Assembly: GCF_035084215.1 (NCBI RefSeq)
Contig: NC_090352.1
Span: 20,460,001-20,524,000 of the forward strand
Direction: 5' to 3'
DNA: 64,000 nt
Source: Heptranchias perlo
Lineage: Eukaryota
Part shown: positions 10,790 to 25,700 of the stretch, in pieces
How the letters are laid out: each line of letters opens with the position of its first letter
Position numbering within the stretch: the stretch's first letter is position 1
Made by a program: the position numbers and the translations under genes
The notes under the pieces: generated by a model
Databases searched by the model: none
The model's input: the letters and a program-made list of their open reading frames with translations, nothing else
Told to the model about the DNA's origin: nothing

Positions 10790-13700
10790 CTAGGAAAAAA
10801 AAAGGAATATAAAATTAAGTTATGTCACACAAGATCATCATGCACATTGAATATTAAAAGTACCATTTAGCATATTTCTCCTAAATATGGCAATACAATT
10901 TTTTGTTATTGTGGCAGACACAAATATCATTTCTACTATACAGGAGAAAAAAAAAATTCCTTACCTGAGGTATTGCTCTAATGGAAGCAATACCCTGATC
11001 GGACTGATTACGTTCCACTTTATGATTACTTCTCCACCGCACCTTCAAGGCAGCCAGTCGAGTAAAGGCCTTAAGAGTTCCAGACACAGATGGAGTCATT
11101 CCAGTAATGCAAAAAGAGGACAGGACTAGACCCAGAGGCCAGGAGTACAACTTTAGATCTTGGAATTGAGTACCTTGGGAAAGTTTGTTTGGTGAATCAT
11201 GTAATGACTGAAATAAAGGCGAGCAAATAGGAGAACCTGGAACCAATTCCATTTCTTTAAAATCTGTTGTATCATCCAATTCTTCTGCTGCCAAGGCTTC
11301 CATTTTAATCTAAAAGGTTTTATCAATAAAAAAAATTAGGTGAATAGTTGATAGCTTGCGTGTCAGCTTGGCTCATTTGGTAGCACTCTCACCTCTGCAT
11401 AGAAATGTTGTGGATTCGTCCCACTCCAGAACGAGAGCACATAATATAAACTAATATTTCAGTGCAGTACTGAGAGTGCACCATATTGTTGGAGGTGTTG
11501 TCTTTCTGAAGAGACATTAAACCAAGGCCATGTCTGCCTCTTTACTGCATGCAAAAAAAATCCAATGGCTCTATTCAAAGAGAAAGAAAGAACAACGACC
11601 GTGCATTTATATAACACCTTGTGTCCTTAGGACATTGCAAATCACTTTATAACTAAGGGATTAGTTTCATAGTAGTCACTGTTAGGTGGGCAAAAGGAAC
11701 AGGGAGGTCTGTGTGTCCTGGCTAACATTCCTCCCACAACCACTACCACCAAAAAAAAAATTAACTGCTCATTCATTTCATTTGACATGTATGGGATCTT
11801 CCTGTAGATACTTAATTGCTGCTTTCCCCTAAACAGTGACTACACTCCAAAAATAATTCAGTGGATATGAAGCTCTATGAGACATCCCAAGGATGGAATA
11901 AAGTGCTATATAAATGAAAGTTAATTTTCTTTTTCTGCCTTTCTATTGTTCAACATATCTGAATGAAGGTACAATGTGCATTCTGAATCTTGCACTCCAT
12001 GAACTCATGCTGAATCAACACCAGTATTTTTATATTTTAGCTAATTACTTAATGAAGAAATTGTAAAACTCCCATAAATACATTCCAAGGTCTGCTCTGA
12101 TACTGCAAAATGTGATTAGATCTTGTTCTACAGAAGGTTAACAAAACGAGTGTACTGTAATGCCATATTTCTAGATCAAGACGTATGAAATTTATGCAAA
12201 TTTTTAAATTTGATAATCAAATTTAGCTCTTCAAAAATGCTGTTTTAGTAACTTAAATGTTAATTGCATAATGCAATTCAAAACTAAGTTAATGCCAGAT
12301 ACAGTAGCATTTTTTAAATTCAAAATTACAACTCACTTTCCAGGATTTCCATGCTTTTTGCATCACTGTAGCAGCATGATGGAGTTTTTTAATCCACTGT
12401 CTGGTCAACCACGATCTAATAGCTACAGAGAAACAAATAAATGAACTGTAAACTTGCAAGAATGCATTGGGTGTAAAAATTAGCAATGAAGTGTTACAAT
12501 CTGTATGAGTGCAAACCTTTAAATTAACTGATGCCTGATGCATTGATCTAGTTTTATAATTTATTTTAAAAAAGGTACAAAAGATGTTATTCAGTTTAAA
12601 ATGGACATTAAGGGTCCTATTTTCCCATATGTGAGCACGTACATGGAAGGTAGGCTTGTTTCTGTTGTACAAGGAATGTTTGCAGAAATAGCCGTTCCTA
12701 CCAATTTTCTGGACTAATTAAAAAATGAAAAGCAACTATTGCATTTGGCAAGAATTACTATTAAAATTATATTAGGAGTAAATCAAGACCCAATGTGTTA
12801 CACTAGATATATCTTTAGATAGTCAGCATGCTGATGATAGGTTGGCCAGAAGTTGTGAACCTTGACGCTTGGCTTCAGGTCTATAGGCGAGTGGAACAGA
12901 TGAAAAAAAAATTAAGTTGAGATAGGAATGATTGTAGTACTCCAGCTGGTTTGTATTCACTTGAGTTTAGAAGATTAAGGGGTAATCTAATCGAGGTGTT
13001 TAAAATTATAAAAGGGATTGGATAGGGTAGATACAAAGAAACTATTTCTTCCAGGGGGAATAAGAGGGCATAATCTTAAAATTAGAGCTAGGCCACTCAG
13101 GAGTGAAATCACGAAGCACTTTTTTTTTTACAAAAAGGAGTGGAAATCTGGAACTCTCCCCCAAAAGGCCATGGATGCTGGATCAATTGAAATTTTCCAA
13201 GATTGAGATCCGTAGATTTTTATTAGGTAAGGGTATCAAGGGATATGGATCAAAAGGCAGATAAACGAGTTTAGGTACTGATCAGCGATGACCTAATTGA
13301 ATGGTGGAACAGGCTCGAGAGGCTAAATGACCTATAACCGTTCCTATGTTCTCTTGGACCTAGGTTTCAAATCCAGCCCAGTATTGGCGGTAAGGGGAAT
13401 ATCAATTCAGCTACTAGTGGGCACAGGTCAACATTACAAAAGTGGCCCTAATTCAATGCTAATTGGTAAATTCAAGTGGTTAATAGGAAATGAGAAAAAT
13501 AGGCAACATCACAATGCTACAATAGTGGTGCTCTTCTGAGGCTGAGTCTCAGGCAACTTGTGGGGCAGAGTCGAGGGAACTTCACTCTGCACCGATTCAT
13601 AATAAACGTGAGGAGGGAATACTTGAGCAAGACACTGATTCCTGAATTGGAAAGTGTTCCATTTCATCACTAGCATTTCTTAGCTAGGTGAACATCAAAA

Positions 13701-16700
13701 AGGTACAATACTTGCCTGCTTGGATGATAGTCGCTGCCCGCCTTAGTCGTGCTAATTTTCTCCGACGGTATCTTCGCCAGCTACATTGAATACAAAGTGC
13801 CTTTTCGGAAAGTGTTTGACTCCTTGCACTTTCGAGCAGCTCGAGCTAAAAGGGATTTAATAATGTAGACATTTACTAACTACAGTGAAGAATTTTGCTT
13901 ACTTTCAATAAACCTGTCTTTTCTTGAAAAAAAGTGTTTATAGAAGAGCAATATTGGATTTTAAAATTTATTCTTCAAAATGCATTTAGAAAAAACATGT
14001 TTTTTTGACAGATTTTAATGCCATCAGCTATCCAATTAGAACGTGCAGGTGTGTTTTTAGTAATGCATTACAAACTACATTAGAAGCACACGACTACCTT
14101 TAACATTATGTTATAAAAATGGTACATCTAACAAGAATTTCATATCCATCACACTTCAACAAAAGTGTAAGGAAACAGAGGCAGTCACTGACACAGATGC
14201 CAGAATGCCTATCCACTAAGCGACTAAAAATGTGGGGGGTGGGGAGTCAGGGTTATGATCTGCAACCTGAACAGCAATGTAAACTCCTACTTCGTTTAGC
14301 GTTTACTTAACAGCATTTAGATCATGTATCCTTAAAAGGACATTGCTTCAGCTTAACAGCAGAATAATAAATTATGCATTTCCTGGTACAATAACATGAT
14401 TCTTATAAAACAGAGCGTCATTCAACTTAGTATCAGCAATGCCAAGGGAGACTCAACAACATATGTAGCAGTTTCATGCCGAAACATCTCAAAGGCTTCT
14501 GCACATAATTAGTTTTTGAAGTGCAGGAACTGTGGCAATGCAAACTAAAACATAGTTATTCTGCACCAGTAACATGCCATTGCAGTGAGATGAACAAGCA
14601 ATCTTTTTTTTTTAAAAAGTGATACTGGTTGAGGGAGGAATGTTAGCTCAAACACCTTGTCCAGGGTGATGGGAAAACACCCTGTTCTTCTTCAAAATCA
14701 CCATGGGATCAGCCACCTGAACCACTAAAGCATGTAATCAGGACATCTGTTTCACATTGCATCCTATTTGGGAATGCACCACTCCCTCAGTGCAGCATTG
14801 GAGAGTCTGCCTAGATTATAAACTGAAAGCCCCAGTGCAGGGCTTGAACCTATAACCATAAGACCCAGAAAAGGATCTAAACTCCTGGTTATTTAGGACA
14901 AAGAAGATTAAATAAATCCTGCATTTAGGATTCACATTGAAATCACTTTTCAGAGCTGCCATTTAAACTGCCGACTGAGCACATCCCGTTACATGGAAAC
15001 TATTGGTTCTTCGGTCTAATAAGACATTGTAAAGTATCCTCTGTTTGTCTATTACTATTTATAGACTTGGAAAATACAGGACTGTTTAATATTTAATCTC
15101 ATCAAAATCTAGATTTGTTTTGCCTCTGACTTTTCCTCCAGATCTACTAAATAAAAACACAGATGGATTTCTAGATTCAAAGGGAGGGCTTAAAAAACAC
15201 ATCTTTTCCTCGGTGCAGTTCATGAGCTAAAATATTCAAGTGCCTGATATTGTAGAATTAACCCAAGTTATGTGCTAGATAATCTTTTTCCTCAGGTTTT
15301 GCAAACAGGTGTACATGGAACATGCCAGCAGTACAAATAGAGCATTTTGCAGTTTATCATCTGCTCTCCTTTCAACAGTGTGTTTCTACAAGGGCTCCCT
15401 AAAAATAAAGACAATGGAGCTAAGAGTATCCAGGAGAGAGATGGCAGACTCTAAGTCAAAATAGTTTCAATGTAAACATATTTCTTGATGGAATAGAGAA
15501 TAACGTCAACATATGAAAAAAAGAGTAGCTTGTATGAGTGAGTGGGCTGCTGTTGCTTGCTCACATTGTAAACTGTGAAATATACTACAGACTCAATAAG
15601 AAGCACTCTGTCAGGAATGTAAAGATGGTTTGTGACAGAGCACTTTGATTTGTAGACGTCACTTAATGCAGACGTAGCAAATCCCACAGCAGATCATCCC
15701 TATTAACCAATTTTCACTGAGTCTACATATTTCAAATCAGGCTGCCCACAGAAATAGCAGACACCATGAAGACCTTAATTCATAGTTTTTATGATTTGAG
15801 TATGCATGTCATAGCAAAATTAAGAAAACAAAAGCACAAGTTAACCTAGTCGTTCCATTTAATACAGAATGCTGCTTGCAGCAAGTTTGTTGAGAAACAA
15901 AGAATATTTTTTGATCTACTATGGTCGTCTTCACTCCAAGTGTAGTTATCAATTCGTTGGTGCATAGAGCAGATGTGAAGGATAAATGAATGAGGAAGAC
16001 GACAGATTACAATGCATTCATTTTTATTCTAACAGGAGTAAATTTAGAAATACATAGAAGTTACAACACAGAAACAGACCATTCCGCCCATCCAGTTCAT
16101 GTTGGCATTTACCCTCCATGTAAGCAAAATATCCTAATCACTTTCATCCACTCTGTTCCCGTATCTCTATCCAATCTAATTTTGAATGTTGACTACAGTT
16201 CCTTTCTCAACCATTAACCCTGGAAGTGAATTCCACAACCTCAAAACTCTAAGTAAACATGTTTCTCCTGCCCTCTATTCTAAATCTCTTACATTTAATC
16301 TTGTATCTATGGCCCCTCCTTCTTGACCCCTCAACTACTGGAAACACTCTGCTTCTATCTACCCTGTCCCATCTTTTCATAATTTCAAACACTTATCATA
16401 TCCGCCCCCATAATCTGCAATGTTCAAACAAAAATGAAAAAAATATATAAATCAATATATAATGAGAGAGAGAATTTCTCAAGACAATTTAGGTAACTTA
16501 CCATGCTATGAGTCATGAACACTTTTGTTTTGCCACAGTGTACTAGTGAGCTATATGACTTGTTCTCAGTTGGGTTATAGAAGGAGGATACAACACTTCG
16601 GCCAGCTAATACGTTTGTGAGAATGTCCTGCACAGTGGACTGCAAAGCCTCAGTGCTGCCATCTGTTGATGATGAACCTGTAAATGCAAACGATATCCAT

Positions 16701-19700
16701 TTCCATGGCAACAGCATCTTCATTACAGGCAGATGTGAGAAAGCATCAGAGACCGCAGCATAGTCGAGTCAATTAGCAAGGTGAAGGCAGCAAACAGAAA
16801 GTGTAAGAATTGGTGAAGAGTCAAATCGAGAGAAACTGGAAGGAAACAGAAAATATAGGAAGGAGAGAAAATTAAGAGGACAAATTTAATACAGCAACAG
16901 TTACAAAACATACAGCATTAGCACTAAACTTAACAACAGTATATAAATAAAAGTTACTTTGCTATACATAAGGCTTTACTACCAATACAGTATTAAAACA
17001 GGAATCATTTAGCTGAATTATAGTTTATGTTGTATAAACTGGTTTCATTCCTATCTATCCAGTCGTAGCCAGAAAAATACCTGCAGTGGCTTCTCTTCCT
17101 GCTCCGTTACCTCTGGAGTCCCCCAAGGATCTATCTTTGGCCCAATCCTATTTTTCATCTACAGGCTGCCCCTCGGCGACATTATCCGAAAACACAACAT
17201 CAGGTTCCACGTGTGCACTGACGACACCCAGCTCTACTTCACCACCACCTCTCTCGACCCCTCCAATGTCTTTGATTTGTCATGCTGCTTGTCCGGCATC
17301 CAATATTGGATGAGCAGATGTTTCCTCCAATTAAATATTGGGAAGATGGAAGCCATTGCCTTCGGTCCCCGCCACAAACTCCGTTCTCTAAACACTGATT
17401 CCATCGCTCTCCCTCTGGCCACTGCCAAAGGCTGAAACAGACTGTTCGCAACCTTTGTGTCCTACTTGACCCTGAGCTGAGCTTCTGACCCCATATGGTC
17501 TTCATCACCAAGACCGCCTACTTCCACCTCCGTACAATCGCCTGTCTCCGCCTCTGCTGCTGAAATCCTCATCCACACCTTTGTTACCTCTAGACTTGAC
17601 TATTCCAATGCTCTTCTGGCTGGCCTCCCATCTTCCACCTTCCGTAAACTCGAGCTCATCCAAAACTCTGCTGCTTCTTTCCTAACTTGCACAAAGTATC
17701 ATTCATCCATCAATCTTGAGCTCGCTGACCTGCACTGGCTCCCCAGTCCAACAACGTCTCGATTTTAAAATTCTCATCCATGTTTTCAAATCCCTCCACG
17801 GCCTTGTCCCTCCCCATCTCGGTAACTTCCTCCAGCCCTACAACGCTCCGAGATCTTCCACGCTCTTCCAATCCTGGTCTCTTACGCATCCCTGATATTA
17901 ATCGCTCCACCATTGGCGGTCGTGTCTTCAGCTGCCTAAGCCCCAAGCTTTGGAATTCCCTCCCTAAACCTCTCTCCTTAAAACCTACTTCTTTGACCAA
18001 GCTTTTGGTCACCTGTACTAATATCTCATGTGGTTCGGTGTCAAATTTTGTTTGATAACGCTCCTGTGAAGTGCCTTAGGACATTTTATCTACGTTAAAG
18101 GCGCTATATAAATGCAAGTTGTTGTTCTAAATGTTGCTCCTAAAACTACCAACAGAATTGATATTACAAACCTTTCTTCCTTTTTGCAGGAGAGCATCCA
18201 TTAATGCTGGCTGCAGTTTGTAAATGAAATTGCCGATATATTCTTTTAAGTCCATAGCGCTCCAGAAATTGCTGGAATGTGACCCTAAATTACAAATTAC
18301 TGTTAAACACCATGTGTGAAAACCAAAACATAGCTTATAACAAATGCCCATACAACAGACGGTGTGTCAGTTTTGAATTCAGGCTAAATGAAATGCGAAA
18401 TTTACCCTGCAATATCTTTCCCAAAGGAACCACCTGTCAAATCAATCAGTATTCTCAGTGTAACTGGCCTGATTTCCAGATTTAGTTATTCATAACCCAG
18501 TAGGAACAATTAGGTCATAATTATTATACATTATGTTCCAACATGTTTTAGGCATAAGTCAAGAGTTATAATTAGCTGAAGATCCCTTATTCCACTCATT
18601 TACTCTGGCAATTAATACATGACACACAAGGAGCCATAAGTACTTACCATATAAAACAGGTGGAACAGTAATGGTCGAACATACCTAATAGGGAATCCAG
18701 CTGCACTTATGTTGATTGTTTCAACTATACCACAGGCTTCTAGCTGGCTGAGAATCTAAAACAAAGAGGTCACTTTATGAAGTTTTCTCATCTCAAAATA
18801 AGCATATGTACTATAAAATATTTGATGTAAATCTCCTCTGGCTGCACCATGGACAAATTCCAAAAGCATGGTGCACCTACAGTAAAATCGTATATAAAGA
18901 CAAAACATCGATTTGAAATGTTACGTAAAATGTAGTTGTGTAAATAAAATCAGACGTGTTAAATTCAGAAATACCACTTTACTAAAAGGAGTGTGTGTAA
19001 CACCAGAGACTTATGGCATTACCTAAATTTAATAATACTAGTATCTCTATTTAAAATTGTTAACATTTTGAAACTATAAATTAAAACATTTCATAAAACT
19101 GCCAGCACTGACTGAAATCAAGGTTAAAACTATTAACTGGAATTTTCTCTTAAATTAAGAGAGCAAAACAAAACTCTTTGTATTACAGCCTCTGAAAGCA
19201 GATGTGCTAACGTACAGAAAACAGTTTGTAAGTCAAACTAATCCAACTTTCACCAGTTTAATTTGAATATTCATTATTAGTTTGTTGCTTGTATCTCCAC
19301 CTACATGTGAAATTTTTCTTATTCTACTACAATACCTCCTCAGATCTGAAAAGGAGAGGCTTGCAGTCCATATTAGGCTTGATGCATCTGATGTAATGAG
19401 GTGTGGTGCTGTTCAAAATACGCATGAGGCTTTCCAGTGAACCCTGCAGGAGAAAGAAGAGGAGAAACAAATGGGGGATAGTCCTACAGGAGACTTATCT
19501 TGCATTGGTCAGGTATAGCAATGCAGTGTTAATACAAACAGACCTTAAATTTGGAGACCACAGTAACTGCTTTGTTCTGAGCTTTAGTGTCATTATGTTC
19601 TTTCTCTTCAACCGGAAATAGCTCCTTCAGCAAGGCATCGTGGGACTCCTGCAACAATTGCACCAGTTCTGATGGGACAGGATCCTAATGCAGCGAGAAC

Positions 19701-22700
19701 ATGAAGATTTACAATATATAAAAATGGTCAGTTTGCTGCATAGTGGCCACAGCAAGGTGAACTGCAAAGTAGTAAAACCTGTAGTTTTATTAAAATGGAA
19801 TTTAGTACCAATGTTTAAATATTTAAAATGCCAATAGTGGCACTATGCTGTGTTTACTTATTTATACACACACACAGCTATCCCTTTACAACACAATTTT
19901 TGAAGGTTATACAAAAAGGCACTTTATAAATATTTTAATGGGTTCTTAATTAATGAGGGAGAAATAAGCAATGCAAGTTACATCAGGGTATATCAGAATT
20001 TTGTTTTAAACTAAAAGCACATGAGATTAATTTCCAGCACTATTGCACCAAATAGCCTTTCAAGTTACCAAAAATATTACGAGAACTTATTTTTCAGACA
20101 CAATACGTCTTTTAGAAAGAATATTCTATAATGGTATCATATACTTAATGCATTCAGCAACACAATTGTGATATTTTTATTTTAAATGAGGCTGCATTCT
20201 TCTCTCCCTCTCTTCAAACCACACAATTCCTGCATACCAGGGTGAAATGAAGAATGCTGGTGGGGACTACTCAATTTTCTCCCCACATCTCCCACTGGGG
20301 GATCCCTGTGCCTTTGTTCATCACTTCCCTGTTGTACTGACCAAGATGAAAAACTTAGTGGAGAAGGGGAAATCAGACATGACTCCCATCACTCATCATG
20401 CTATACAAATCCATGTGTGTGCATGTTTGTTTTACAACCCAGTGTTTATTCTGTTCTGGGTGAAGTACAAAACAAAGAGAAAAAAAAAGCTATTAATTCA
20501 TGACAAGATGGACATTACATACATCAAGCACTACTTTAACTCAGAAGGCTGAGGGTTCAAGGCTCAATCAAGGACTGATAATTTTGTGCAGTGCCGTACT
20601 GAGGGAATGCTGCATTGTCAGAGGGGTCATGCGTCATGAACTGAGTATTCAATGAATGCCTCATAAATATTAGATTTTCTTTACCTTGTTCTTTTCCATC
20701 ATTCCCTCAATCCGGTAGCTGACCTTGCCTGCGTAATGAGCCACTATGAAATTGGGAACCTTGCTGAACACATCCCAGCTCATACAATGGTTACTTGCCA
20801 AAGCTGCTTGAAGGCGAGTTTTAAATTGGTTTGCATCTGAAAGTCGGTTGAGGCGGCTCTCCTACAGATAAAGAGATTATGAATAAGTTCAAAATGAAAC
20901 ATCAGTGAGCTTTAATAACTATATGTACATTCCACCACTACAATTTGTTGGACAAATAAGGTGTCAAAACACCCATGTCTGTAGGAGCTGAAATAGCCTT
21001 TCAAAAAAAATTGCAGAAATTAGGTAAAAATCCATTTCACTTTTAAAGAATGGCACTGAGCCTGAAATGATCTCTTTCACAAAAATCACATTAAAATAAT
21101 GTTTTCCCCCTCAGTTGCATGTACAGCAAGAGTCAGTGAAAGTGAAGTTACATCAACATTTGAGCAGCAAAGGCTTGAGCTGGCTGGTAAAATTATATAA
21201 ACTTTATTTTAAGTAGTGCCAACCATTAGGTGTACTAGAATTTTCACCACTATATATGAGTTTCACAGTACATAGCAATTCAGTGGGAGCACTGCATTTT
21301 GTTTACTGTAAATCAGGAATTATTAGCACGTGTGTAAAATTTTGCTAAAAGACATTGTGGTAAATGCAGTAAATTCCCTGTATTACAGCATTTCAAAAAT
21401 AATTAATTAGCTGTAAAGTGCTTTGGGATGACCTGATGAGATGTGCTATATAAAAGCAAGGATGAGAGGTGCTATATAAAAGCAAGGATGAGAGGTGCTA
21501 TATAAAAGCAAGTTCTTTCTTTCTTTAAAAGTGGTAAATTTAAGTTTATATAAATGCAAGTTGTTGTAAATGTAGCACAGGTCTTGGCATAAGCAAAATC
21601 AATGAAATAGGTGGAACTAAATTTTTAAAAAGACATTTTTCAATCAGGAAAGAAATTTCACCCAATGATAGTTGATAAAGATAAATGCTAGTTCTTCTCA
21701 TATTTCCCACAGCCAGACTGTAGGAGTAATTTCTTCTCTGGAATGCTAAAAAAAAAACTGGTAATACAGGATTTCAATTACTTTACCAGTCCGATAGATG
21801 CAAAATGATACTTTATACAAGTCTAAACACCTCATTCCCAATTTCAATTAAAATATACAACTTAGGCCTGTGGAAACTTTGAGAAACCAAAGTGAATGCA
21901 GAAAGAGATGGAACAAAAAAAAACAAACTTCCATTCAGATAATGTCTTTCACATCCTCAGGACGTCCCAAAAGTTTTGCAACACTTTTAAAGTGCGGTCA
22001 CTGTTCTTATGTAAGAAGGGTAGCCCGTTTGCACACAGCAAGGTCCCACAATCAGAAAATATAATAAATGATTAGTTAATCTGTTTTGGTGGTGTTGTTT
22101 AAGGGATAAATGTGGAACTTACTACCACGTGGAGTAATTGAGGCGAATGGTATAGATGCCTTTAAGGAGAAGCTAGATAGGTACAAGAGGGAGAAGGGAA
22201 TAGAAGGATATGCAGATAGGGTTCAATGAAGTAGAGAGGGAGGAGGCTCATGTGGAGCATAAACACCAGCATAGATCAGTTGGGCCAGATGGCCTGTTTC
22301 TGTGCTGTACAATCTACGTAAAAACGTTAACCCCAACACTGGGAGAATTCCTCTGCTCCTCAAATAATACCATGGCATCTTTTACGTCCATCTGACTAGG
22401 GAGACTGGACCATGATTTAATATTTCATCCTAAAGATGCATCTCTGACAATGTGGCACTCCTTCAGTACTGTACTGAAGTATCAGCCTAGATTATGTGCT
22501 CAAGTCCTGGAGTGGGACTTGAACATATGACCTTCTGACTCAGATGAGTGTACTTCCACGAGCTAAACAGACACTGTGCAGGACACCAAAGTTGAAGAGT
22601 AAAAAAAGGGAAGCAAATCAAGAGGTAACTAATAGGGAACATCAAACTTGTATTTTGAATGTATGAAGATTGTAGGAAGAAAGAAAGGCTGAAGGAGACA

Positions 22701-25700
22701 AGAAAGTCACAGTTTTGAGGTACTGGGAAAGAAAGATTAGAAGACTGCAGTGAGTCTTGATTTCAGCATAACATGGTGCTATACTCTGTCAAAGGCTTTA
22801 AAATGTCCTATACAGTGAAAGGTGATGATTCACTGAACCTGCTCAGAAAAGGCTTCCTCCTCCTACTCCGCTCCCTGCCCACCAAAGACAAAAAAAAAAT
22901 CAACTTTATTTTAACCACAAATTTCCTAATGGGGCAAATCAACTAACAAGGTCCAAACCACTGTGACCTTTTAATCTGTGTTTAAGACAAGTTGAAGAAA
23001 CAACCAACCTCATTTAAAAGGGAAAAAATGCTGGTGGGATTCCTCTCAATCAGATCTAAACAGCACTGGTTATCCTGATAACTGATGAAGGACCACTCCA
23101 GACCCTCTGTGGCATATTCCTCCTAAATAACAGAATGGCAGGGGGTGAAAAAATTTCAAATACAAGACTATAGTAAATCTTCCAGAGGTCTGAGCATTCT
23201 GATGGCACCATATCCCATTTGTGCAAATAGCTTGTTTGCACATATCACTGGCAGGCTCTCACTTCTTCCCCGCTCTCCTTATATGTGGAGTTAATGGAAA
23301 TACATCTACATGTGATAGATTTCACTGCACAAAGGTTACCTAAATAGATTTGATCAAAAATTACTGGGTTTGGGAATAAACAATCTTGCCTTTCTAAAGG
23401 CAATTGAATGTTTTGTTAAAAACTTACTTATCAGCAAAATGCCATGGCATCTACTAGTTTCTATAGTGCTTGAGTGATCTTTGGGTGTAAGGGGGATTGG
23501 GTGGGGAAGAAGAGTGTACATATATAGGGATTGAACCAAACAGCAGTTTACCACTGAGCTTTAAGCAGATTATTTAGTGTTTGGAATAACTGGAACTCCC
23601 GTTTCTGATTTTAACACATTCACAGTCTCATTTATTATTTGGCATCCTTTAAAAAATCTCCCATTGAATCCCAGCAAGTTTTGCTAATTCCTAGTAGCTA
23701 ATTTGTAGGTTTGTTATTTTCAGACATCCACGAAATATTGCAACAATTACATGTGAAGTGACTCTGATATGCTATGCTAAAAATATACTGGATCATTGAG
23801 TTGGAATACCTGCTGTGCCTCGAGATAATGTGCCACAAAGTGTTGCTGGAGTTTCTCATTTGCATAGTTAATACAAAGCTGCTCCAGGTTATTTTGGGGG
23901 AATGATTCAAATCCATATACATCCAAGAGACCTGCACAAACAAGAAGGGGTTGAATGTCATTGTTTTGCTCAAATACAATAAACTTTTATAAAATCTCAA
24001 TTTTAAAAAAACTGAACTATAATGAATTTGGAAATCAGAGGACCATTTATGACAACGCGTGACTGAAATAATTTAAAAAAATCAAAAGTGAATGTTAGAT
24101 GGCCACCATCTCACGGATAAACATTCAACTTAACTTGTTTCTTTTAAAATTCAGGTTTTACAACCACTTATCGCTCAGAGATGCTTGCTTCCGTTCTTGT
24201 GCAATCTACTAGATGCGTAGAATTAAGGTTTAATTTATAAATAAAATGTAGGGCAAGAGATTTGGCACAACATGACACCCTATGACTAATCACCAGTTTC
24301 TACACTTAATGCATGTAATGTGATTTGCTGGCGAAGTATTGCAATCGTCTATAAAAAGTCCCAGGAGGCAGTGAAAGGCAATTTGAGTCATCGGAGGATA
24401 ATAAATCACTTGCCCTAATAAAATGTAATGGACATTGACCTAGCATGGATCTAGTGCTCAGACTCAAGAAAAATAAAAATTAATTTTCAAGTCAATAGAT
24501 TGCAAATGAATTTGATATTTTAAAAGCAGAAAAATCATATTTGTTTAATGCCGTTCTCTATGAAATGGAGTACATCCAACAAGTGCTTGCTCCTTTCATT
24601 AGCCTGTAGGTAAAACTTTAATTGTTTTGTTGGAAGGCTATTTAGAATGCCAGCTTGATCCATTGTCCTAATACATAACCGTAAAATTAACTCATGGAAA
24701 GGACCAGGATTTTAACTTTGTAAAACTTGCATAAATACCTATAAAATTGATCCACCTGAAAGAATCTGAGCATATGGAGCCATTTATAACTTTTACCAGC
24801 CAGTCAAACAACCTGCAAAAGACCCAATACAAAAAATTAGAAATGAATATCAAGAATACAAAAAAACTATTGCAACACCAACAGATTTACATATGCAAAT
24901 TTGGCTCAGTTGGTAGCACTCTTGGCACAAATCAGAATGTTATGGGTTGAAGCCCTACTCCAGATGCAGAACACATAATCTAGGCTGACATTTCAGTGCT
25001 GTGCTGAAGGAGTTCTGTCAAGACCCCGTCTTCCAATTCAGATGATGTAAAAGATCACATGGCACTACTGAAAGGAGTGGAGAGTTCTCCTGATGTCCTG
25101 GCTGTCATCCTTGTCTTGACTAAAATCACCAGGGAACATTATCTGATCACTCATTCAAAACTGGGAGGAGCGTATTGCCAAGGTTAAGCAGAAACTGGGA
25201 CTGTGGGATCGACGATCCCTCTCGATCGTGGGCAAGAACCTGGTCGTCAGGTGCGAGGTGCTCTCGGTGTTGCTGTACGTGGCGCAGGTCTGGCCCATAC
25301 CTCGCTCCTGCGCCGCGACAGTCACCCGAGCCATCTTCCACTTTGTCTGGAGATCAAAAATGGACCGTATCTGCAGGGTCACGATGTACAGATCTCCAGA
25401 GAAAGGGGGGAAAGGCGTGCCCAACGTGGCCCTCATCCTGATGGCCACCTTTGTGTGCGGCTGCATCAAACTGTGCATAGACCCTCGGTACGCAAACACA
25501 AAGTGTCACTACGTGCTGAGGTTCTACCTGTCCCCGGTGTTGAGAAGGATGGGCCTGGCCACGCTGCCACGGAACGCTCCGTCCAGTTGGACCGTTCCGC
25601 CCCACCTGTCCTTCGTGGAAAAGTTTGTGCAGAAAAACACCTTTGACCACAAGGCGATTAGCAAGTGGTCCGGGGGTAATATTCTGGCATGGGTGGAGGA

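Noticed and set aside
21435-21512. Regular short repeats as a CRISPR-like array
   Set aside because: Contiguous tandem copies of a SINE tail with no spacers, in a eukaryotic context.
24900-24965. tRNA-like A/B-box sequences (also ~11365 and ~59495)
   Set aside because: These are SINE heads continuing into SINE bodies, with no complete cloverleaf.
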